From: Burkholderiales bacterium
Lineage (GTDB): Bacteria; Pseudomonadota; Gammaproteobacteria; Burkholderiales; SG8-39
Reading direction: 5' to 3'
Assembly (NCBI GenBank): GCA_035454685.1
Contig: DATIGN010000127.1
Span: 56,269-120,268, forward strand
Length of the DNA: 64,000 bases
Each line of letters opens with the position of its first letter. Position 1 is the first letter of the stretch. Position numbers and translations under genes: made by a program. The notes beneath the pieces were generated by a model. The model was not told the DNA's origin, did no database searches, and saw only the letters and a list, made by a program, of their open reading frames with translations. This document shows positions 44,886-53,505 of this stretch, piece after piece.

Positions 44886-44905
44886 TACTGTACATAAATA
44901 CAGTA
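44886..44905. promoter_or_regulatory. LexA (SOS) box, perfect CTGT-N8-ACAG palindrome
   Basis: TACTGTACATAAATACAGTA lies immediately upstream of, or overlapping, the imuA start. Confidence 0.85.
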
Positions 44906-44970
44906 TCGGATCAGCGTCCCCCTTTCAAGCGCCGCGGGGGTCGTCTGGCGATGTGCCGGGCCCTCGCCTG

Positions 44971-45858
44971 CTACTCGCAGAAGAACTCGACCACATCGGT
45001 CGCGCCGGCGCGCGACTGGCCGAACGCGATCCAACCGTGACCGCGCAGCGTGAACTCCTCGCGGCGCAGGGTGATTTCCTTGTCGCCCTCGATAGTGACG
45101 AACGTCCCGTTTGCGCTGTGATCGGTGAGCACGAACCTGTCGAGGCGCCGCTCGATCTTGCCGTGCGCGCGCGACGCCATGCGCTCCGTGATCACGAGGT
45201 CGGCCGACTGGTCCCGGCCCATGGCGAGCGACGGGCGCTGCGCCGAGAGCACAACCTCGGTCTCGTGCATCTTCAGCCGCAATGTGGTGTTGCGCGGCCT
45301 GAAAACGGCCTTGTGCGAGGCGAGTGTGGTCATGTCCTGGCTGTGCTGCCACATCAGCTCGTAGACCTGGATCTCGTGCGCCTTGCCTTTCGCCTGAATG
45401 GTGGTGATGGTGCGCGTGCTGGCCTTGAGCCTCGGCGACATCATCAACACGGTGTCGCGTGCAGTGATGATCTGACCCTTGCTCGCGACGGCGGCGAGGC
45501 GCGAAGCCACGTTCACCGCGTCGCCGAACACGTCGCCGTCGCGCTCGACCACCTGGCCGTAGTTGAAGCCGATGCGGATCCCGAGCGTAGTGCTGCCGAT
45601 GGGGGGCAGCTCGGAAATCGCGAGCTGCATCTCCATCGCGGCGCTGGCCGCGTCGTCCGCGCTGCGAAAGGCGGACATCACTTCGTCGCCGATCGTCTTG
45701 ATCACGCGGCCCTTCGCGGCCTGCGTCTTCTGGCGCATGATGTTGACGCAGCTTTCCACCGCCGCGTGCGCGACCGCGTTGCCCGCGGTCTCGTAGAGCT
45801 TGGTGCTGCCGCTGACGTCGGCGAAAAGAATCGCTGCCTCGCTAGCCTGTTCCGCCAT
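44971..45858 (-). CDS. Class III adenylate/guanylate cyclase domain fused to a C-terminal FHA domain
   Basis: Cyclase: ILFADVSGSTKLY, IKTIGDEVMSAF, FGDAVNVASRL. FHA: GRDQSADLVI...SRAHGKI...LTDHSANGTFV. Confidence 0.85.
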   Translation of the reverse strand: MAEQASEAAILFADVSGSTKLYETAGNAVAHAAVESCVNIMRQKTQAAKGRVIKTIGDEVMSAFRSADDAASAAMEMQLAISELPPIGSTTLGIRIGFNYGQVVERDGDVFGDAVNVASRLAAVASKGQIITARDTVLMMSPRLKASTRTITTIQAKGKAHEIQVYELMWQHSQDMTTLASHKAVFRPRNTTLRLKMHETEVVLSAQRPSLAMGRDQSADLVITERMASRAHGKIERRLDRFVLTDHSANGTFVTIEGDKEITLRREEFTLRGHGWIAFGQSRAGATDVVEFFCE

Positions 45859-45909
45859 CCAGAACGTCTGCCCCCGGTGGTCGGATTGTACTCTGCGCGC
45901 CAGCGTGCC

Positions 45910-47118
45910 TTAATTACGTGTGCGCACGCCGATCACGAAAAGGTTGGCGACCACGATCGTCGCCGCGAGGAAGTAGAACGCGGCGGCAAGGCCGAACCTA
46001 TCCGCCACCATTCCGCCGAGCAGCGGGCCGAGCGCGCCGCCGACCGCCTGCGCTCCGAACAGCACGCCGATGCTGGAGCCGCCCATGTCCTTGGGCGTCG
46101 CTTCAAGCATCCACGCCTGGATCACGGGCCGCGTCGCGTAGAGGAAGAACCCGAGCACGGCGACCAGCGCGACAAAGAGCGGCGAGCCGCCGCTGAGCGC
46201 CATCGCCGCGAGCACGAGCGCGCTCGCCGCCATGCTGGTCATGAGGATGTGCTTGCGCCCCATGCGATCGGAGAGGTGGCCCGCCACCGGCGAGGCAGCG
46301 AAGCCGGCAGCCTGCAGCGCAAAAAGGCACGCCCCGACCCAGAACGGCGAATATCCCATGTCATTGGCGAGGTAGACCGGCAGGAAGGTGAGCAGCGCGC
46401 TCTGCGTCATGGTACGGAACGCCGAGCCGGTTGAGAGCAGCACGAGCGAGCGGCTGAGGAAAAGATTCTTGAGCCCGGCGAGATACGCGCCGAAAGACTG
46501 CGTCTTCTCTTCGGTCTTTTTCGAGCTAAGACGCATGCTGCCGAGAAATACGAACAGAAGCGCGGCCACGACGAGCCCGGGGACCACGTTGAGCATCACG
46601 ACTTCGCGCCAGGTGAAAACGGTCAACGCCGCGCCGATTACTACCGGCGCGACGGCGTCGCCGACGTTACCGCCCATGCCGTGGACCGAGAGCACAAGGC
46701 CCTTGCGCTCCGGATAGCGCCGGCCGAGCGTCGGGATCGCGGTGGGGTGCCAGAGGCTGTTGCCGAACCCGACCAGCGCGATGCACGCGAGCAGCATGAC
46801 GTAGCTGTGAGTAAAACCGATGAGGAGGTAGGGAAAGCCGATCCAGAAGAGCGACAGGCCCATCAGCAGCCCTTTGCGGCCCACAGTGTCCACCAGCACC
46901 CCGCCCGGAACATTCGCGACCGCCGAGGCGATGTACTTGCACGTCATAATGAGGCCGATCTGGCTGTAGGACAGACCGAGCTCCGCGCCGATGAGCGGCA
47001 GCAGGAGATAGAACGTGGCTGGGTACCAGTGCGTGAGGCCGTGGCCGACGGTGATCAGCCAAAGCTCGCGCCACGGCCGCGGCGGCGCGGGGTGCTGCGG
47101 CAGTACGGCCGCGCTCAA
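45910..47118 (-). CDS. MFS transporter
   Basis: 402 aa, 12 predicted TM segments. D-R/K-x-G-R-K-like loop (VDTVGRKG). Confidence 0.85.
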   Translation of the reverse strand: MSAAVLPQHPAPPRPWRELWLITVGHGLTHWYPATFYLLLPLIGAELGLSYSQIGLIMTCKYIASAVANVPGGVLVDTVGRKGLLMGLSLFWIGFPYLLIGFTHSYVMLLACIALVGFGNSLWHPTAIPTLGRRYPERKGLVLSVHGMGGNVGDAVAPVVIGAALTVFTWREVVMLNVVPGLVVAALLFVFLGSMRLSSKKTEEKTQSFGAYLAGLKNLFLSRSLVLLSTGSAFRTMTQSALLTFLPVYLANDMGYSPFWVGACLFALQAAGFAASPVAGHLSDRMGRKHILMTSMAASALVLAAMALSGGSPLFVALVAVLGFFLYATRPVIQAWMLEATPKDMGGSSIGVLFGAQAVGGALGPLLGGMVADRFGLAAAFYFLAATIVVANLFVIGVRTRN

Positions 47119-47729
47119 GCCGGCGTCTTTTCCTTCACGCGCAGGAATTTCTCCACCAGCTCGGCGGTGAGCACGACCTTCGGGTCATACTCCGGCGCGT
47201 CCTCGAGCTGCTCGAGGTCATTCAGGCCGCAGGCCTTGTAGATCCGGTTGGTGGCCGAGATAAGTCGCACCGGCCGCTCGGCGCTCGCGTTGAAGTGCTG
47301 GTGGATCGTATTCGGCGGAATGTAGATCACGTCGCCCGCCTCCCACTCGTAGCGCTTCACCTCGGCTTGCGGCTTCCAGTGATAGGTGTCGGTGATCTCG
47401 ACGTCGCAGTCCTGGTGCAGGTCGTAGCCGCGGCCCTCGAGGACATAGAGGCATTCCTCGGCAAGGTGGCGGTGCTTGCCCGAGCGGCTGCCCGGCGGAA
47501 TGATCAGCATGTACGCGTCCACCGTCTCCATGCGGGTGTTCATGCCTTCGTTGATGAGGTGCTTGAGCAGCCCCTGGCGCGACATCTCCCACGGCATGTC
47601 CTCGGGGCGCACGATTTTCTTCCGCTTGGCGTTGCGCGCCGGCGCGGCCGCGGCATCGTCCAGCAGCGCCTGATAGAGCTTCTGGTTGTGTCGGCCCTTC
47701 CTCCACGCCCTCGACTCGTCCCAAGCCAT
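47115..47729 (-). CDS. Cupin-domain protein (HQHFN family)
   Basis: GKHRHLAEECLYVLEGRG and PPNTIHQHFN cupin motifs. Confidence 0.75.
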   Translation of the reverse strand: MAWDESRAWRKGRHNQKLYQALLDDAAAAPARNAKRKKIVRPEDMPWEMSRQGLLKHLINEGMNTRMETVDAYMLIIPPGSRSGKHRHLAEECLYVLEGRGYDLHQDCDVEITDTYHWKPQAEVKRYEWEAGDVIYIPPNTIHQHFNASAERPVRLISATNRIYKACGLNDLEQLEDAPEYDPKVVLTAELVEKFLRVKEKTPA

Positions 47730-47730
47730 G

Positions 47731-48288
47731 TCAATCCTCGGAATGATTGAAGTTATGCTCTGCTGGTCGCACCTCGTAGCCTTCCGCTCCGGGCGCCGGC
47801 GTCTTCGGGCGCGGCTCTACCAGCTGCTGGAACAGCATGTTCATGAACATGAACATCGGCTTCGTCTTGATCACGAGCGCACGCGCCGGCTTGTCGGGGC
47901 TCGCGTTGAAGTGCTGGTGCACGCAGTTGTTGTGCACGATCGCGACGTCGCCCGCCTGCCAGTCGTAGCGGATGCCGTCGTGAATTTCAAAGCCTTTTCC
48001 ATCCAATATATAAAAGGCTGCCTCGTTGACGTGCCCGTGCTTCTGCGACTTGCCGCCGGGCGCGTATTCCTCGAGGTGCAGGTGGAACATCTGGGTGACG
48101 CCGTCCTTGGGCTCGACGTAATGGCGGCTGTAGGTCTGCGGGCCGTCGACGAACTTGAGCTCCCTGCCCTTGCGCACGCGCGGCATCGCGCGCAGCCGCG
48201 CGAGCTCCTCTTTCAGGCTGTACTGCCCCTGTATCGCGCGGACGAAAATCCGGTCCTTCTTGCTGTGATAGTGCGACTCGGTGCTCAT
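47731..48288 (-). CDS. Cupin-domain protein (HQHFN family), paralog of 51839-52393
   Basis: QKHGHVNEAAFYILDGKG and NCVHQHFN. Start at the internal ATG (MSTESHY). Confidence 0.75.
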   Translation of the reverse strand: MSTESHYHSKKDRIFVRAIQGQYSLKEELARLRAMPRVRKGRELKFVDGPQTYSRHYVEPKDGVTQMFHLHLEEYAPGGKSQKHGHVNEAAFYILDGKGFEIHDGIRYDWQAGDVAIVHNNCVHQHFNASPDKPARALVIKTKPMFMFMNMLFQQLVEPRPKTPAPGAEGYEVRPAEHNFNHSED

Positions 48289-48313
48289 TCGCGCTTCAGT
48301 ATACATTTATCCG

Positions 48314-49441
48314 ATGACCGTTTACCTCGTGGTCTTGCTGTCGATGCTGAACTCGATCGGCCAGCGCGGCAGCAAGGTCGCGATTTCGCTCTACGCGCTG
48401 GAGCTCGGCGCCGGCGCCGCCGCGGTCGGCATGCTGGCGGCGCTGTTTGCCACGTTCCCGCTCCTTCTTGCCGTGCAGGCCGGAAAGATCTCGGACCGCT
48501 TCGGCGTGCGCATTCCCATTATTTGCGGCGCGCTCACCATGGCTGTCGGGCTCGCGGTCGCCTACATGGTTTCGGACATTCATTGGCTGTTCGTCTGCCC
48601 CGCGCTCATCGGGCTGGGGCACATCTTCTTCCACGTCTCGATCCACAACCTGGTCGGCTCGCTCGGCGCCGATGCCGAGCGCACGCGCAATTTCGCGACT
48701 TTCGCCCTCGGCAGCTCGCTCGCCGCCTTCGTCGGGCCGTCGCTCGCCGGCTTCGCCATCGACCTCGCCGGCTTCAGGCCGGCCTTTGCCGTCCTGGCGG
48801 CGGTGGCAGCCGTGCCGGCGCTGATCGTGCTGCTCTACCGTAGCCTGATCCCGACACGCGTGCGCCATGATGAGGAAGAGCAGGCGAGGAGCGCTTTCGA
48901 CTTGCTGGCGATCCCGGCGCTGCGCCGCACGCTCGTCATGAGCGGCGTCACGCTGACCGGTATCGAGCTCTTCTCCTTCTATCTGCCGATCTACGGTCGC
49001 TCCATCGGCCTTGCGCCCTCGGTGATCGGCATGATCCTGTCGAGCTACGCGGTCGCCGGGTTTATCGTGCGCTCCTTCATGCACCGGCTCGCGCAGCGCT
49101 ACACCGAGGTCGGCGTGCTCACCGGTTCGCTATTCGTCGCGGCCCTCGCCTATTTCATCGTGCCCGGCCTCGCGGACGGCTGGCTGCTGGCGGCGGCCGC
49201 GTTCGCCCTCGGGCTCGCGCTCGGCTCCGCGCAGCCGCTTACGATCATCCTCACTTATAACCACGCGCCCGCCGGGCGCGCAGGGGAGGCGCTCGGCATG
49301 CGCATCATGGCGAACAAGGTGACCCAGATCGCGGTTCCGCTCGCCTTCGGCGGGTTCGGCGCCGCGCTCGGCGCCGTGCCCGTGTTCCTTGCCACCGGCG
49401 CGTTCCTGCTTGTGGCTGGATTGATCTCGCTGAAACGGTAA
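48314..49441 (+). CDS. MFS transporter
   Basis: Start at ATG 48314 (MTVYLVVLLSMLN). 12 TM pattern. Confidence 0.8.
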   Translation: MTVYLVVLLSMLNSIGQRGSKVAISLYALELGAGAAAVGMLAALFATFPLLLAVQAGKISDRFGVRIPIICGALTMAVGLAVAYMVSDIHWLFVCPALIGLGHIFFHVSIHNLVGSLGADAERTRNFATFALGSSLAAFVGPSLAGFAIDLAGFRPAFAVLAAVAAVPALIVLLYRSLIPTRVRHDEEEQARSAFDLLAIPALRRTLVMSGVTLTGIELFSFYLPIYGRSIGLAPSVIGMILSSYAVAGFIVRSFMHRLAQRYTEVGVLTGSLFVAALAYFIVPGLADGWLLAAAAFALGLALGSAQPLTIILTYNHAPAGRAGEALGMRIMANKVTQIAVPLAFGGFGAALGAVPVFLATGAFLLVAGLISLKR

Positions 49442-49483
49442 ACTGCGCTCATATGGAACAACCCGGTTCCGAGATGAGGAACA

Positions 49484-50767
49484 ATGCGCGCGGAACAGAA
49501 TGAATTCCTGACGCGCACCGGCCCGGGCACGCCGATGGGCGAGCTTTTCCGCCGCTACTGGCTGCCGGCGCTGCTCGCAGCCGAGCTTCCCGAGCCTGAC
49601 TGCCCGCCGGCGCGGGTACGGATCCTGTCAGAGAAGCTGATTGCGTTTCGCGACACGCAGGGCCGCCTCGGCCTCATCGACGAGTTCTGCGCGCACCGCG
49701 GCGTATCGCTCTGGTTCGGGCGCAACGAGGAAGGCGGCCTGCGCTGCTCCTACCACGGCTGGAAGTACGACGTGACCGGCCAGTGCCTCGAGATCCCTTC
49801 CGAGCCCGACAATCCGAAGCTGTGCCAGCGCATGAAGCTCAAGTCCTACCCGCTGGTCGAGCGGGGCGGCGTGCTCTGGACCTACATGGGCCCGCGCCAG
49901 CTGCAGCCGCCGCTGCCGGAGCACGAGTGGGCGATGGTTCCGCAAAGCCATCGCTTCGTCTCCAAGCGCTGGCAGGAATGCAACTACCTGCAGGCGATGG
50001 AAGGCGGGATCGACTCGAGCCATGTGTCCTTCCTCCACCGCGAGACCATCAAAGTTGACCCGATGTTCAAGGGCGCGGCGCAGAGCCACCAGTACAACCT
50101 TCAGGACCTCGCGCCGCACTTCGAGGTGGTGGAATCGGCCGGCGGCCTCTATATCGGCGCGCGGCGCAACGCTGGCGACGGGAAGCACTATTGGCGCATC
50201 ACGCAATGGGTGATGCCGAGCTTCACGCTGATCCCGCCGCGCGGCGACCACCCGATCGGCGGCCACTGCTGGGTGCCGATGGATGATGAGAATTGCTGGG
50301 CCTGGAGCACGAACCACCACGCGGCCCGCGCCTTGACTCAAGAGGAGCGCGAAGCGATGGAAGCCGGCAAAGGCATCCATGTTCCGGTCATCCCCGGCAC
50401 CTTTCGTCCGGTCGCCAACAAAGACAACGACTACCTGATGGACCGCAGGGCGCAAAAGGAACGCCGCACGTTCTCGGGAGTCGAGGGCTTCGCGATGCAG
50501 GATGCGTCGGTGCAGGAAAGCATGGGACCGATCCAAGATCGCACCAAAGAGAACCTCATGCCGACGGACCAGGGGATCATCATGGCGCGCCGCCGCCTCC
50601 TCGCCGCCGCCCAGGGACTGCAAGAAGGCGCGACGCCGCCCGGGACCGACCCGCGCCATCAACGCGTGCGCTCGGTGTCGATCATCCTTCCCCAGGGCGT
50701 CTCGTTCAGCGAGGCGGCAGAAGACGCACTCGTCCCGGAGCCGGGATCGGCGCACGCCACAGTCTAG
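49484..50767 (+). CDS. Rieske [2Fe-2S] non-haem-iron oxygenase, alpha/oxygenase component
   Basis: CAHRG...CSYHGW Rieske motif. Mononuclear iron motif NYLQAMEGGIDSSHVSFLH. Confidence 0.9.
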   Translation: MRAEQNEFLTRTGPGTPMGELFRRYWLPALLAAELPEPDCPPARVRILSEKLIAFRDTQGRLGLIDEFCAHRGVSLWFGRNEEGGLRCSYHGWKYDVTGQCLEIPSEPDNPKLCQRMKLKSYPLVERGGVLWTYMGPRQLQPPLPEHEWAMVPQSHRFVSKRWQECNYLQAMEGGIDSSHVSFLHRETIKVDPMFKGAAQSHQYNLQDLAPHFEVVESAGGLYIGARRNAGDGKHYWRITQWVMPSFTLIPPRGDHPIGGHCWVPMDDENCWAWSTNHHAARALTQEEREAMEAGKGIHVPVIPGTFRPVANKDNDYLMDRRAQKERRTFSGVEGFAMQDASVQESMGPIQDRTKENLMPTDQGIIMARRRLLAAAQGLQEGATPPGTDPRHQRVRSVSIILPQGVSFSEAAEDALVPEPGSAHATV

Positions 50768-50778
50768 GAGGAGGACCA

Positions 50779-51837
50779 ATGCTTGCTCGAACGATTGCCG
50801 TTGCTTTGCTGCTCGTTTCCACCGCCGCCACCGCCCAGCCGGCGCCAGGACCTCACCGCAGCCTCTACATGTACCAGGGCGCCGACCGCGACCAGCGCAT
50901 CATTGAGGGTGCGAAGAAGGAAAAGCAGATGGTCGTCTATACCTCGCTTAACACCAAGGACTCGGTGCCGATCTCGCAGGCGTTCGAGAAGAAGTACGGC
51001 GTCAAGGTCGAGCTCTGGCGCTCCTCCAGCGAGAAGGTGCTGCAGCGGGCGCTCACCGAGGCGCGCGCCGGTCGCCACGCGGTGGATGCTTTCGAGCTGA
51101 ACGGACCGGAGATGGAGGCGCTCTACCGCGAAGGGCTGCTGGAGGAGTTCTGGAGCCCGTACTTCAAGAATCTCCCGCCGGCGGCGTTCGCCAAGCACAA
51201 GCACTACGTCGCCGACCGCTTCAACTTCTTCACCATCGCCTACAACACGAAGCTGGTGAAACCGGAGGAGGTGCCGAACAGCTACGAAGACCTGCTGCAC
51301 CCGCGCTGGGTGGGCAAGATCGGCATCGAGGCGAGCGACGACGACTGGTTCGCTTCGATCGTAAAGCACATGGGCGAGCAGAAGGGACTTGCTTTCTTCC
51401 GCAAGCTTGCTGAAATGAAGCCGCAGGTGCGCACCGGGCATACGCTTCTCGCCGAACTCGTCGCCGCCGGCGAGATTCCGCTCGTTGCCACGATCTACAA
51501 CCACAACGCCGAGCGGCTGCTCGTCAACGGCGCGCCGATCAAGTGGAAGGCGCTCGACCCGACCTTTGGTCGGCCGAACGCGGTCGCGGTGACCAAGCGT
51601 GCGCCGCGCCCGTATGCGGCAATGCTTTTTGTCGACTTCATGCTCTCGCCAGAGGGCCAGGAGCTTCTCAAGCAGCGCAACCGCGTGCCGGCGAGCACCG
51701 CGGTCGAGACCAACCTCAACAAGTTCCCCTTCCATATGATCGACCCGGTGATCGTGCTGGATGAGCAGGCGAAGTGGGAAAAGATCTGGTCGGAGCTCTT
51801 CCTCAAAGGCCAGGCGATCAAGCGCGAGGCCGACTGA
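50779..51837 (+). CDS. Family-1 (Fe3+/polyamine-type) ABC substrate-binding protein, orphan copy
   Basis: ATG 50779 follows GGAGGAGGA. Signal peptide. Paralog of 60565-61587. Confidence 0.85.
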   Translation: MLARTIAVALLLVSTAATAQPAPGPHRSLYMYQGADRDQRIIEGAKKEKQMVVYTSLNTKDSVPISQAFEKKYGVKVELWRSSSEKVLQRALTEARAGRHAVDAFELNGPEMEALYREGLLEEFWSPYFKNLPPAAFAKHKHYVADRFNFFTIAYNTKLVKPEEVPNSYEDLLHPRWVGKIGIEASDDDWFASIVKHMGEQKGLAFFRKLAEMKPQVRTGHTLLAELVAAGEIPLVATIYNHNAERLLVNGAPIKWKALDPTFGRPNAVAVTKRAPRPYAAMLFVDFMLSPEGQELLKQRNRVPASTAVETNLNKFPFHMIDPVIVLDEQAKWEKIWSELFLKGQAIKREAD

Positions 51838-51838
51838 A

Positions 51839-52393
51839 ATGGGCAAGGAGTCGCACTATTCGAGCAAGAAGGACCGGGTCTTCGTCCGGGCGATTCAGGG
51901 CCAGTACAGCCTAAAGGACGAGCTCAAGCGCCTGCGCTCCCTGCCCCGTGTCATCCGGGGCAAGGAGATGAAGTTCCAGGACGGCCCGCAGTCCTTTTCC
52001 AAGCACTTCGTCGAGCCGGTCGACGGGATGACGCAGACGCTGCACATCCACCTAGAGGAGTACGCCCCCGGCGGCCGCACGCAGAAGCACGGCCACGTCA
52101 ACGAGGCGGCGTTCTACATCCTGGACGGCAAGGGCTACGAGATCCACGACGGCGTGCGCTACGACTGGCAGGCCGGCGACGTCGCGATCGTGCACAACAA
52201 CTGCGTGCACCAGCACTTCAACGCCGACCCGGACAAGCCTGCGCGCGCGCTCGTGCTGAAATCGAAGCCCATGTTCATGTTCATGAACATGCTGTTCCAG
52301 CAGTCGGTGATCCCGCGGCCCACCGAGCCGGCGACGCCGGCCGGCGCGGGCTTCGAGCCGCGGCACGACGAGACGCACTACAACCACGAATGA
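51839..52393 (+). CDS. Cupin-domain protein (HQHFN family)
   Basis: Close paralog of 47731-48288, collinear from ESHYxSKKDR to MFMFMNMLFQQ. Confidence 0.75.
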   Translation: MGKESHYSSKKDRVFVRAIQGQYSLKDELKRLRSLPRVIRGKEMKFQDGPQSFSKHFVEPVDGMTQTLHIHLEEYAPGGRTQKHGHVNEAAFYILDGKGYEIHDGVRYDWQAGDVAIVHNNCVHQHFNADPDKPARALVLKSKPMFMFMNMLFQQSVIPRPTEPATPAGAGFEPRHDETHYNHE

Positions 52394-53505
52394 AGTCCGC
52401 CGTCGTCTCGCAGGATTTCGCCGCCAAGTTCGCGACCGAAAGGGAGACTCCGTACACGCGCTGGGTGCGCGAGGAAGGGCTCGACATCATCGGCTCGTTC
52501 TACGTCCAGAACCTCCACACGGTCGAGCTCAAACCCTGGCCGCGGCGCGGTGGCAAGGGGGTGTTCCTCAATCACGACGCCTCGCGCACCTCCAACGACT
52601 GCTACGTGTGCGAGATTCCGCCCGGCAAGAGCCTCGCGCCGCAGCGCCAGCTCTTCGAGGAGATGATCTACGTGCTCGACGGGCGCGGCTCGACCGCGGT
52701 GTGGAACAACGCTGGCAACCGCGCGAGCTTCGAGTGGAAGGCAGGAGCGATCTTCGCGATTCCGCTCAACTGCTGGCATCAGCACTTCAACGGCTCGGGC
52801 AAGGACCCGGTGCGCTACGTCGCCGTGACTAACGCGCCGGTGATCATCAACGCGTTCGGCGACCTCGACTTCGTCTTCAACTGCGATCACGACTTCAAGG
52901 AGCGCTTCGCAGGCGAGCCCGAGTACTTCGCGAACAAGGGCGAGCAGAAAGGGCTCCTGCTCGACACCAACTTCGTCGCCGACGCGATCAACCTGCCGCT
53001 TTTCGCCGCCAAGGAGCGAGGCGCAGGCGGCGGCCACACACGCTTCAGCATGGCGAAGGGCTCGATGAACAGCCACATCTCCCAGTTTCCCGTCGGCACC
53101 TACAAGAAGGCACACGCCCACGGGCCCGGCGCGCACGTCATCGTGCTTTCCGGCGAAGGCTTCAGCCTGATGTGGCCCGAGGGCGAGGCGCCGAAGCGCT
53201 ACGACTGGCGCGAAGGCACGATGATCGTTCCGCCGAACCTGTGGTTCCACCAGCACTTCAACACCGGCACCACGCCGGCGCGCTACCTCGCCTTCAAGGC
53301 TGAGGGCGTAGCCGTGCGCAACGCGCAGGGCGTGCCCAAGGCCTGGATCAGCCGTCGCCTCGGTGGCGACCAGATCGACTACGCCGACGAGCGGCCCGAG
53401 ATCCGGCAGTGGTTCGCCGAGGCGCTCGCGAAGCATGGCGTCAAGCCGAACATGGACAAGGCCTACGCCACGGAGCGCGGCGAGCTGCCAGAAAAAGCCG
53501 CTTAG
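52390..53505 (+). CDS. Bicupin protein (HQHFN family; gentisate-dioxygenase-like architecture)
   Basis: Two cupin modules ending NCWHQHFN and NLWFHQHFN. Confidence 0.75.
   Translation: MKSAVVSQDFAAKFATERETPYTRWVREEGLDIIGSFYVQNLHTVELKPWPRRGGKGVFLNHDASRTSNDCYVCEIPPGKSLAPQRQLFEEMIYVLDGRGSTAVWNNAGNRASFEWKAGAIFAIPLNCWHQHFNGSGKDPVRYVAVTNAPVIINAFGDLDFVFNCDHDFKERFAGEPEYFANKGEQKGLLLDTNFVADAINLPLFAAKERGAGGGHTRFSMAKGSMNSHISQFPVGTYKKAHAHGPGAHVIVLSGEGFSLMWPEGEAPKRYDWREGTMIVPPNLWFHQHFNTGTTPARYLAFKAEGVAVRNAQGVPKAWISRRLGGDQIDYADERPEIRQWFAEALAKHGVKPNMDKAYATERGELPEKAA

Noticed and set aside
44971-45858. Possible Pycsar-like cyclase defence gene.
   Set aside because: No TM, TIR or cNMP-binding effector is next to it. 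The fused FHA domain and the SOS/kinase context point to signalling instead.
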